Below, piece by piece: positions 27,163-34,550 of a stretch of 38,126 nt of DNA (positions are counted from its first letter, which is position 1; every line of letters begins with the position of its first letter). Where the stretch lies: the IMG/VR virus record IMGVR_UViG_3300037420_001437, positions 1 through 38,126 of that record; one strand, written 5' to 3'. Below the pieces are notes generated by a model that was not told where the DNA came from, ran no database searches, and saw only the letters and a list, made by a program, of their open reading frames with translations. The stretch is from a virus (lineage: Duplodnaviria > Caudoviricetes). A program made the translations under genes and the position numbers.

Positions 27163-27516
27163 CTATTGAGCATTTTTGCTTGTGAGCTTCACTAATTCAA
27201 TTTTCCTTTCTATAGAAGTATTCGGGTCGTTGGCTTCTTCGTATAAAAATTTATGCGCCTTAGCCCTCGCTTCTTTTACTTTTTTCATTCCAGAAGGACT
27301 TAGGCCAACACTGTATCCAGACCTGATTTCTTTACAAAGGCCATAGATATATGCTGCGTTATCCTGCGTAACAATAATTTCCATTGTTTCAGGCTTGTCG
27401 TAATCCCACTTAGAGCCGCATAGGACTGAAATCCTATGCAAATCCCATAGGTAGTACCCGCTTATAAGGCCAAATGCCTCTTCAAACATTCGGCTATTCT
27501 CATCTAAATCTTTCAT
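27163..27516 (-). CDS. Hypothetical protein
   Basis: 117-aa ORF starting ~40 bp from site 4. Confidence 0.7.
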   Translation of the reverse strand: MKDLDENSRMFEEAFGLISGYYLWDLHRISVLCGSKWDYDKPETMEIIVTQDNAAYIYGLCKEIRSGYSVGLSPSGMKKVKEARAKAHKFLYEEANDPNTSIERKIELVKLTSKNAQ

Positions 27517-27557
27517 AAAGACTGTTTTTTGTTTTGCTCAATAAGGTTCTGAACCTT

Positions 27558-27602
27558 GAAGGGAGTGACACAACAGACGCTCAATAGTAGTACTACTGCT
27601 GG
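27558..27602 (+). repeat. Dispersed 45-bp site, copy 4 (spacer CAGACGCT)
   Basis: GAAGGGAGTGACACAA-CAGACGCT-CAATAG-TAGTACTACTGCTGG. Confidence 0.9.
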
Positions 27603-27607
27603 CTTCC

Positions 27608-27724
27608 TTATTCCTCTCCTTCTGCCTCCGAGGGTGTATCATTCCACTCATCAAAGCCGATGTCTTCAAAGCCACTTTCGATTACTTCTATATCCAGGTG
27701 TTCTGTAGGGTCCAAAGTTTTCAT
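27608..27724 (-). CDS. Small acidic protein (38 aa)
   Basis: Manual translation MKTLDPTEHLDIEVIESGFEDIGFDEWNDTPSEAEGEE. Confidence 0.5.
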   Translation of the reverse strand: MKTLDPTEHLDIEVIESGFEDIGFDEWNDTPSEAEGEE

Positions 27725-28035
27725 AGCGTGTTTATTTTAGAGTTCATTAGTTGTTTTAAAAAAGAGGCCCAAGTAGAGGGACAAGGGCCGTCCATATTTC
27801 TATGAATTAAACCGATGGGGGCTAGTAAAGACAAGCCCCGTTACTAAACCCAAGCCTTAACTTGGATGCTCTTTTAGTAAGGTTCTTATGTAAAAGAACG
27901 TTTCAAATAATTTCCATGTGGGGTTAAGGATGGTGGCCTGGTTTTCCAATAATTCCGTTTTATCAGTGGTTTAAAAAGGGCCCTGGGAACAGAGCCCCGC
28001 TAAAACAAAACCATACTGATTATGAGAAAGAGCGT

Positions 28036-28305
28036 TTATAATTCGTTTAAAAGACTAACCGCTTCCCTGCCAATAATCCACGTCATTACCTCTTCATCGT
28101 CCTTCATCTGGCTTTTCAGCTCTCGGATTAGTTTTCTAAATATTCCAGGTGATCCTGTAGCCAGCACTTGCTCGATTGCCGTTCCCCATAAGGTATCTGG
28201 GTTGGCTTTTTGAAGTAGCGCATGGGCTTTTCTTTCCGTTTCACTGAGGGCCTGGTTTCCATCTTCGGCAGAAAGGCGGCTATGATTAAAAAGTAGATGA
28301 CCCAT
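28036..28305 (-). CDS. Hypothetical protein
   Basis: 89-aa ORF. Confidence 0.6.
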   Translation of the reverse strand: MGHLLFNHSRLSAEDGNQALSETERKAHALLQKANPDTLWGTAIEQVLATGSPGIFRKLIRELKSQMKDDEEVMTWIIGREAVSLLNEL

Positions 28306-28306
28306 A

Positions 28307-28540
28307 TCATTTCACCTCCTTTTGGTTTACATACCCTGAAAGCTCCGGTGGCAGGCACTTAAGCAATACGGTTTTTTGCATACGCCTAGCACCCCACGTG
28401 TAGGTATAGGTGACCTGATAGAGTGTTTTAATGTCCGAAACGGCGTAATCTTTTGATCTCTTGGATGGATAGCAGCGGCTTGTTTGGCAGCTACTCGTAA
28501 GCAGAATGATAAGGGTACACGAAAGCAGAAGCATTTTCAT
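28307..28540 (-). CDS. Putative small lipoprotein
   Basis: 'MKMLLLSCTLIILLTSSC' lipobox-like signal. Confidence 0.65.
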   Translation of the reverse strand: MKMLLLSCTLIILLTSSCQTSRCYPSKRSKDYAVSDIKTLYQVTYTYTWGARRMQKTVLLKCLPPELSGYVNQKEVK

Positions 28541-28723
28541 AACAAGGTGATTTAGTCGTTTAACAATGGGTGCTTAGGTTAGGTCTTAGTTTCTCAGGGC
28601 TCCAAAGATTTCATAGGCCGATATTGCTTTACGCATTTCACGGTAGGTAAAGAATTTGTATCCGTTAGCCAGGGCGAATTGCCGTACACAGTTCATATAG
28701 GATATGGCGGGTATGTTCATAGC

Positions 28724-28954
28724 TTATTTACTTTTAGGTTTTAAAAGGGCTTTAAATCTTCGATGGATATATGCACCCACCAGCACCGGGCCTACCACTT
28801 TTACGGTTTCTTCGGGTTGGGTTAGGATTTGCTTTAATACCCAGAACATACAAAAGCCGTAGAGTAAAAGCATGACCACGAAATAGGCTGCGGTCACAAC
28901 CATCAGTTGGCGGGGGCTTAATTCGAAGTGCAAAAAGCGGTTGAGGGTTTTCAT
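28724..28954 (-). CDS. Small membrane protein
   Basis: Two hydrophobic segments; ATGA-coupled. Confidence 0.65.
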   Translation of the reverse strand: MKTLNRFLHFELSPRQLMVVTAAYFVVMLLLYGFCMFWVLKQILTQPEETVKVVGPVLVGAYIHRRFKALLKPKSK

Positions 28955-29346
28955 GACAAGCCCTCCTCTCTTTCGTACAGTTCGTTAGCAAATGGTTCAT
29001 CAAACAGACGCTCTTCGGTTATAGTCTCATGGTAGATGTTGGGGTCTTCTTCCCTATCTACTACAGGGTTTTCGGCTTGTTCAGGAAACAAGATGGCTAA
29101 GGCCTTTTGTTTAGCCGCCTCAAATTCTCCCCTTGTAATGGCAGTGGCCTTAGTGATCTCTTCTTTGGTTCTTTCTACCAAAGAACACTTGGAAATACGG
29201 GTATAACCGTGGGTAGTCAAGCATACATCAGTAACTTCTTCTTCTGATTCAACACAAAAGAAACTATCATCATTTTGGCAGTAGTAAGGAAGCTGAATAT
29301 CCAGTTCTACCACATCATATACTTTTACGGTTGTTTGAATTTTCAT
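28951..29346 (-). CDS. Hypothetical protein
   Basis: 131-aa acidic ORF. Confidence 0.7.
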   Translation of the reverse strand: MKIQTTVKVYDVVELDIQLPYYCQNDDSFFCVESEEEVTDVCLTTHGYTRISKCSLVERTKEEITKATAITRGEFEAAKQKALAILFPEQAENPVVDREEDPNIYHETITEERLFDEPFANELYEREEGLS

Positions 29347-29364
29347 ACCTATGGTTTTGGGGGG

Positions 29365-29607
29365 TTAAGCGGTTTGATTTTTACGTTCGCGTTGGCGGGC
29401 ACACCAGACCCTGTAGTTAATGGAGGCTACCCTAAGTTGGGAGCGGTCCAGGCGTCGAACCATATCTTCCCAGAGCTTGCGAAGCTGTTCTTCTTCATCT
29501 ATGAGGGGGGCAGGCTCAGCGTAGGCCTGTTGAGCCATTTTAGTGAGTAGGTCCATGTTCGGTGGAGGTTTGGTGGTGTCAGTTTTGTGGTTTAATTTTG
29601 GTGCCAT
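29365..29607 (-). CDS. Hypothetical protein
   Basis: Likely start MAPKLNHK. Confidence 0.6.
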   Translation of the reverse strand: MAPKLNHKTDTTKPPPNMDLLTKMAQQAYAEPAPLIDEEEQLRKLWEDMVRRLDRSQLRVASINYRVWCARQRERKNQTA

Positions 29608-29698
29608 CTTATTGTATTTAAGATTTTTTTGAGGCCGTTGGGAAAGTTTACGAGGCAGACCCAACGGCCTTATTTATGTTGTTAGGCGCTTATTAGGT

Positions 29699-29944
29699 TC
29701 AATGCTTGATAAATTTTTCGTGAATGGAATTCAGATCGTAAAACCATTCGTACGCCCCCTCGCCCTTCTCTCTTTTTTCAAAGCGGATGTAACCGTTCTC
29801 CCTGGCTTGGTACATCTTGGTTTTATCCCACCCGGTCAGGGAGGTGATAACGGAAGCCTTCACCCAAAAAGGCTTTTTGTTCTGCTCCAACTGCTTAGCC
29901 AGTCGGTCAATCTTTCTCTCTAGTCTTTGGATGTCTGCGTCCAC
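29699..29944 (-). CDS. Excisionase-like winged HTH protein
   Basis: 'WVKASVITSLTGW..TKMYQARENGYI.F...WFYDLNSI' resembles the HTH_17/Xis pattern; directly after the Cro-like gene. Confidence 0.65.
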   Translation of the reverse strand: MDADIQRLERKIDRLAKQLEQNKKPFWVKASVITSLTGWDKTKMYQARENGYIRFEKREKGEGAYEWFYDLNSIHEKFIKH

Positions 29945-30002
29945 GGTTTAACGTTTTATTGCTGAGTTGTTTATAAAATTTTAAGCAATGAGGGTATTAC
30001 CT

Positions 30003-30239
30003 TTATGCTGCGGCCGCCTCGGCTACCAATATCTCTGAGTCGCTTAGATCTGTATCTTGACGGATTACTTCAATAGCCGCCATTTTAGTAAGCGGTCCAT
30101 TATCCTTATTCTCTTGAATACATTTTAAAACCCAACGTTCTGTGCAGTTGAGCGCCAGAGCAATTTTTGTCCTGATGGCTTTAGCCTCCCTGGTTTCTGT
30201 ATCGCCTATTCGAGCTATTGCGGTTGTAGATAGTTTCAT
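30003..30239 (-). CDS. Cro-like early regulator
   Basis: 'KIALALNCTERWVLKCI' HTH; divergent from the repressor. Confidence 0.65.
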   Translation of the reverse strand: MKLSTTAIARIGDTETREAKAIRTKIALALNCTERWVLKCIQENKDNGPLTKMAAIEVIRQDTDLSDSEILVAEAAAA

Positions 30240-30358
30240 GTTTAACTATATTCGTGTGTACGATTGTGAGAACTAAGATACGAAGGATTCGCGAAGTTTT
30301 CCAAATATTTCGCGAAGTATTTTTTAGGTATTTCTAAAATCGAGTATTTCTACGCGAA
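30240..30358. promoter_or_regulatory. Lysis/lysogeny switch with TWCGCGAA operator-like repeats
   Basis: TTCGCGAA at 30288 and 30309, TACGCGAA at 30351; TATCTTAG promoter-like box on the - strand near 30273-30280. Confidence 0.65.
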
Positions 30359-30838
30359 ATGACACAACCAACAGCATACAAAGAGCAATTAAAAGAGCTT
30401 TACCAAACCTATACGGGTAAAGAGTTAGAGCAGGCTATCGGAGTTTCCACCCGTTCTATCCAAAACTATTTAAAGGAGGAAAAGCCCAGCCTTCCAGGTC
30501 CCGAAGTGGTGCGTAAAATACGCGAAGCCTACGCGAAACATCAAAAAGAAGGGGTGATACTTAATAAAGAATCCACCCCCGAAGGAGTGGATTTAAAGGA
30601 TAAGTACATTACACTACTTGAAGCAACCGTCAGGGAAAAATCGGAGCTGATCCATAAGGTAGAGACTAGTTTAGCCCTACTGCCTGAAAGTATGCAAATG
30701 TTGACGGATCTGATTCTACAAGGGCAGACGGCACTACTTCGAAGGATGGAAGAAAATTTTGAGGCATTGACCCGGAAACTTTCTGAATCTCCCGATACCG
30801 CTGGCAACAAAAAGCCTTCACGGATGGGAAAACATTAG
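30359..30838 (+). CDS. CI-like XRE-family repressor (no peptidase domain)
   Basis: 'GKELEQAIGVSTRSIQNYLKEE..P' HTH, C-terminal coiled coil. Confidence 0.75.
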   Translation: MTQPTAYKEQLKELYQTYTGKELEQAIGVSTRSIQNYLKEEKPSLPGPEVVRKIREAYAKHQKEGVILNKESTPEGVDLKDKYITLLEATVREKSELIHKVETSLALLPESMQMLTDLILQGQTALLRRMEENFEALTRKLSESPDTAGNKKPSRMGKH

Positions 30839-31091
30839 CGGAAGCATACTTGCAATCGGCTTTCAGAGGGCATAAAGAGCAAATTCTCATAGTTCTCGCA
30901 GTTTTAATCGTGCTTTAAAAAATTAATAATGGAGGGTAAACTTACTAAAGGATTTAGCAAAAAGGAAGCCTTTCGGAAAGAAAAGTTTTCAACATAGCAG
31001 GGCATGATCAGTTAGTTTAAAAGGTTGGGGAAAAAAGTTACGCAATGGTTAGGGGGAAGTAAAAAATATGGCGCAACTCAGAGCCTTTACC

Positions 31092-31199
31092 TCACACAGG
31101 CTCTTGGGAAGCCGCACAGAAGCAAAGGATGAGCGCGCCACTACGGGCCGCCACCCAATGCACTGCTTCTGTGCTACAAATTTCCCAAGATTTGTGTGA
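31092..31199. ncRNA. Candidate structured RNA (long interrupted hairpin)
   Basis: Nested helices TCACACA/TGTGTGA, TCTTGGGAA/TTCCCAAGA, GCACAGAAGCA/TGCTTCTGTGC. Confidence 0.5.
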
Positions 31200-31346
31200 A
31201 GCAATACGATTGGAGTACGAATATTTTACTTATCGCAATATATGCGAAATTTCCTTACAGTAAGTGGCCTTTTCCGAAATTTTACATTTATTACTAAGTA
31301 GTTGTACGTAAGCGAGAAAGGGAAATACCCCTGTCCCCTGGAAAAA

Positions 31347-32531
31347 TTATAAATCTTTCCAGGCGGCTGACGTTTCCGCTTTGATTTTTTGAGGGGTAAC
31401 TTTGGAATAACTCTTCACAAATACCGCAAGGGTAATGCCCATTAACTCCGCTGCCGTTTCCGAGCTGATGCCCCTTTCCAGGCAAATCGTTACGGCAAAT
31501 GATTTTCTTCCACAATGCGAGGACAGATATTTATCTATGCCGGCTTCCCTGGCTACTGTTTTAAAGGTCTTATTTAACGTTGGTTCCGGCTCTGTCAGCG
31601 GGGTTTGCTTCATTAGTTCTATGGTCCTAAGTAGCCTAGCATGGTGCGGCGTGGATACCCACTGGCCGTTTTTCTTGGCCCGGATATTAATATAGTCCTT
31701 ATGCACCCGTTTTTTTATATCGAAGCGATACCAGTCTGAAATCCTTAGCCCCGTATAGCAACCAAAAAGAAAATAAATGGCTGCCTGTTTTTTTAGGGGA
31801 TTTGTAACTGTCTTAGCGTACTGCTCCCATTTATCTAGCTCCGCAAGCGATAAATGATCCTTATTGCCGTGGGTTTGCTCCGGCATCTCATAATCTGAGA
31901 ACGGGTAAGGAATCGAAAGTTTCTTTTTATTTCTTGCGTAGTTAAACAATCCCCTGATGGTTTTCATGATGGCAAAGACATAGTTATTGGTGTCCTTCCC
32001 CTGTCTATGCTTCACTCCCTTATTTCTTAGGTAGTATTCAAAGTCGGTTAAAAAATCAGGCGTGATTTGTTCGAAGGAAAGCCTTACAACGTCCTCTTCC
32101 CCTGCATATGGATTGAGATAGAGCTTTAGCTTTTTTAAGTGCTTCCGCCAGTTTTTGAAAGTGCCTTCAGTGCGCTTGCCGGTGAGTTCCTTAATTACTT
32201 TTTCTGCAAACTCAAAAATGTCGTGTAGTTTCTCTAATGATTGCTCTTTAACCTCAATGGCTGAAATGGATCTCTTTTTCACCCCGGCATCAATGATGTT
32301 TTCCAGAGCTTGTTTTTTCAGGCCTGCAATATCCAGGTTGATTTGCTCATGCAGCCAGTGTGCCTCTCTTACCAATTGCGCTTTCGGGTCCCAATATTTG
32401 GGGTTGATGTAGTGGCCGGTCGAGGTAAACACACTTTGCCGGTCAATGGTGACCCGCAGGTAAATGGGCATCTCTCCTTTTTTGTTTTTCTTGTTTTTTT
32501 TGAGAAGTAAGGTGATGGTATTCTTTTGCAT
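31347..32531 (-). CDS. int: Tyrosine integrase (Arm-DNA-binding, SAM-like and catalytic domains)
   Basis: 'GEMPIYLRVTID...STG', 'FGCYTGLRISD', 'SHCGRKSFA', 'KSYSKV'. Confidence 0.95.
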   Translation of the reverse strand: MQKNTITLLLKKNKKNKKGEMPIYLRVTIDRQSVFTSTGHYINPKYWDPKAQLVREAHWLHEQINLDIAGLKKQALENIIDAGVKKRSISAIEVKEQSLEKLHDIFEFAEKVIKELTGKRTEGTFKNWRKHLKKLKLYLNPYAGEEDVVRLSFEQITPDFLTDFEYYLRNKGVKHRQGKDTNNYVFAIMKTIRGLFNYARNKKKLSIPYPFSDYEMPEQTHGNKDHLSLAELDKWEQYAKTVTNPLKKQAAIYFLFGCYTGLRISDWYRFDIKKRVHKDYINIRAKKNGQWVSTPHHARLLRTIELMKQTPLTEPEPTLNKTFKTVAREAGIDKYLSSHCGRKSFAVTICLERGISSETAAELMGITLAVFVKSYSKVTPQKIKAETSAAWKDL

Positions 32532-32634
32532 GGTACACGATTTGGTACAACAAATAAAAGGTATTTCTAACTTTCTCTGACTTTATTAAACTTTACCATT
32601 TCTGCGAAAACCTTTACCAGTCGTGGTTTTAAGC

Positions 32635-32661
32635 AAAAACCCCCGACAAGCGGAGGTTTTG
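32635..32661 (-). terminator. Intrinsic terminator downstream of the restored tRNA 3' end
   Basis: - strand AAAACCTCCG-CTTGT-CGGGGGTTTTT. Confidence 0.7.
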
Positions 32662-32673
32662 AAAAATGGTCTT

Positions 32674-32693
32674 TGAGGTACCGAGCAGATTTG
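32674..32693 (-). other. att core = tRNA 3' fragment (probably tRNA-Cys)
   Basis: - strand CAAAT-CTGCT-CGGTACC-T-CA: T-loop end, T-stem, acceptor strand, U73 discriminator. Confidence 0.7.
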
Positions 32694-32849
32694 TTTTTTC
32701 TCGACACTACCCCGTTTTAGCGTTTAAAATCAATTAGTTATACATTATTTATGAAAGTTGGTTCTGATTTGGTACAACAACTCTTCTGTACACATCGCTA
32801 AGATAAGGGTGAGATTTTGGTAAAATTAGTTAAAGTAAAAAATAGAGAG

Positions 32850-33480
32850 GACAACGGTTTATATCCCTGCACCAAAACAGGAGGTGACTGTATCTTCGTT
32901 AGCTTCCTATACAGACTATCCCATTATTTCATCCTCTATCCCAAAGGCCAGCAAGAAAAAAGTTTTGAAGGTGCAGGTCGTATGTTGTCACCGTTAAGAC
33001 ATTGCATACACTGGGTACTTGCTGTTTTTCATAGGACAAAGAAAGTCCGGTGAAGGCGAAAACTTGTGTCCTACTAAGAAATAATGAGCGAAAACTTTTA
33101 TTGACCGGCGTGGAAGTGGACGGCGTGGGTAAAATCGTTTAAAACCACAGACGAGGGATTGAGGGAGTTAATAGCTTAACACACAGGAAAAACAAGGGCG
33201 TACTACCAAGCAGGCTACCTCCAAGTATTTAAGGCGTAATTCACTCGCATTTATGTGCTAAAACGCTACTATCGCCGCACTGTGGTTTCTGCCCATGTTT
33301 ATTAAAGCCTTACCCTGGGGCGCTGTTCTTATGGATAGCGTGGTAAGTTCTGTTTCAAAGAAAAAGCCCAACTCACTGTAACGGGTCAATGAAATTGGGC
33401 TGGCTGTAATGCCTTCTTACGAAGATAAAACAATAGCCCGAATCTGTACCCGTTACTTTACAAAATCGGTTTATCGTCTG
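32850..33480 (-). ncRNA. Candidate structured non-coding RNA / leader region
   Basis: No credible ORF; several long-range helices; TTGACA...TAGTTTTA promoter-like element at 33515-33485. Confidence 0.4.
33361..33401 (-). terminator. Intrinsic terminator/attenuator
   Basis: - strand AGCCCAATTTCATTG-ACCCGTTA-CAGTGAGTTGGGCT-TTTT. Confidence 0.7.
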
Positions 33481-33650
33481 ATCGTAAAACTACGATTTGC
33501 TAAAGCCTTTGTCAAGTTTTTACTAATAAACTTATCAACGATCTTTTAGTACTTATCCACTAAAAAGCCTCGCTGCGTATAGATTTGGACCTCGAATGGA
33601 GTGACACTAAACCAAAGAGTATATAATAAACCAACCCTGTTTATTATCCA

Positions 33651-33683
33651 AAAAAAAAGCCCCACCTATAGACATAGGGAGGC
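33651..33683 (-). terminator. Intrinsic terminator ending the post-lysis operon
   Basis: - strand GCCTCCCTATGTCTATAGGTGGGGC followed by a T-run. Confidence 0.7.
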
Positions 33684-33711
33684 GTAACCAACTGCATGAG
33701 AAAAAGAGATT

Positions 33712-33990
33712 TTAAGTACTGCCATCCTGAAGCGGTTGGGATTCGTCATGGTCGCACCGCCTGTACCCATCCCCCCACAGGGTATTGGCCATCAGCACTG
33801 ATTTTCGAATGACCTGTTCTTCACTTAGTTCGGGGCAGACCACGTGCAGCAGTTCGTGTAGCATGATTTCCAGGTGCTTTTTACCCCTAAGCCGGGGGTC
33901 AATCTCGATATAGTCATCATAGGCGATGCCCCACGACTTTTCGCGCAATAGCTTTTTATACACCACTTTTATTTTGCGTAGTCTTGCCAT
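33712..33990 (-). CDS. Small HEXXH zinc-metallopeptidase-like protein
   Basis: 'WGIA...IEIDPRL...EIMLHELLH...SEEQV'. Confidence 0.75.
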   Translation of the reverse strand: MARLRKIKVVYKKLLREKSWGIAYDDYIEIDPRLRGKKHLEIMLHELLHVVCPELSEEQVIRKSVLMANTLWGDGYRRCDHDESQPLQDGST

Positions 33991-34172
33991 CCTTCAAAGG
34001 GGATTTGGTGTCCACAGGTGTTTTTCAGGGGGTGGTACGGTCCCCACGCCAGATGATTGGTTTTGGTTTTATCCAGCTCCCCCCGAAAGCGTTCACAGTA
34101 ATTGGTCAGGGGGCAGCGACTGCCGTCCTTTAACACACCATCACAGAGGTCATAGTTCTTTTTGGGCTTCAT
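33969..34172 (-). CDS. Small Cys-rich hypothetical protein
   Basis: 'LCDG...CPLTNYCERF...C'. Confidence 0.65.
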   Translation of the reverse strand: MKPKKNYDLCDGVLKDGSRCPLTNYCERFRGELDKTKTNHLAWGPYHPLKNTCGHQIPFEGWQDYAK

Positions 34173-34253
34173 AGGCCACGGTTTTTAAGGGGTACTGTGT
34201 CCATTCGCCTCTTTAGTCGAATCTTTAAAATATTCGCCTTTTTAGGAGGTACT

Positions 34254-34300
34254 GAGCTGTTGTACTACTATTCGGCTTTACTTGTGTCACTCCCTTGTAC
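34254..34300 (-). repeat. Dispersed 45-bp site, copy 5 (spacer GTAAAGCC)
   Basis: - strand GTACAAGGGAGTGACACAA-GTAAAGCC-GAATAG-TAGTACAACAGCTC. Confidence 0.9.
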
Positions 34301-34338
34301 GTCTTGTAATTCTACTCGGCATTTTGTATCTTCACTTT

Positions 34339-34530
34339 ATGGATAAACTAATTCTTTGTAAATACTTAGATGTTTATTTTTACGAAAACCATTTACCTGT
34401 CTATACAGCAGCAAAGGAAAACCCACTTTGCACCCAACGACTTTCTTATGAATTAGCTTCAAGCGTTGCCAACCCTCCTGAATTATATAGGAACAGAAAA
34501 ACAACCTGTATTTTAGTGTGGTTGAATTAG
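34339..34530 (+). CDS. Hypothetical 63-aa protein, cassette between sites 5 and 6
   Basis: MDKLILCKYLDVYFYENHLP...; AT-rich; TATCTTCA promoter-like box just upstream. Confidence 0.5.
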   Translation: MDKLILCKYLDVYFYENHLPVYTAAKENPLCTQRLSYELASSVANPPELYRNRKTTCILVWLN

Positions 34531-34550
34531 TGCCCCATAGCGTGACAGCC

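Larger units (their letters stand above)
32531..32780. other. attP: arm-type repeats, tRNA-derived core and IHF-like site
   Basis: GATTTGGTACAACAA at 32539-32553 and 32766-32780; core at 32674-32693; AATCAATTAGTTA (WATCAANNNNTTR) at 32728-32740. Confidence 0.8.

Noticed and set aside
32674-32693. Complete tRNA gene
   Set aside because: Only the 3' 20 nt are present, with no D or anticodon arm; treated as the att core.
33041-33050. GAAAGTCCGG resembling the RNase P RNA P4 motif
   Set aside because: The GAG prefix is missing and no matching 3' P4 strand was seen.
32817-33053. 78-aa + strand ORF
   Set aside because: Non-ATG start, no motif, and it overlaps the predicted RNA helices.
33593-33625. 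Possible seventh dispersed site (GGAGTGACACTAA)
   Set aside because: Only the left arm partly matches; SAATAG and AGCT are absent.
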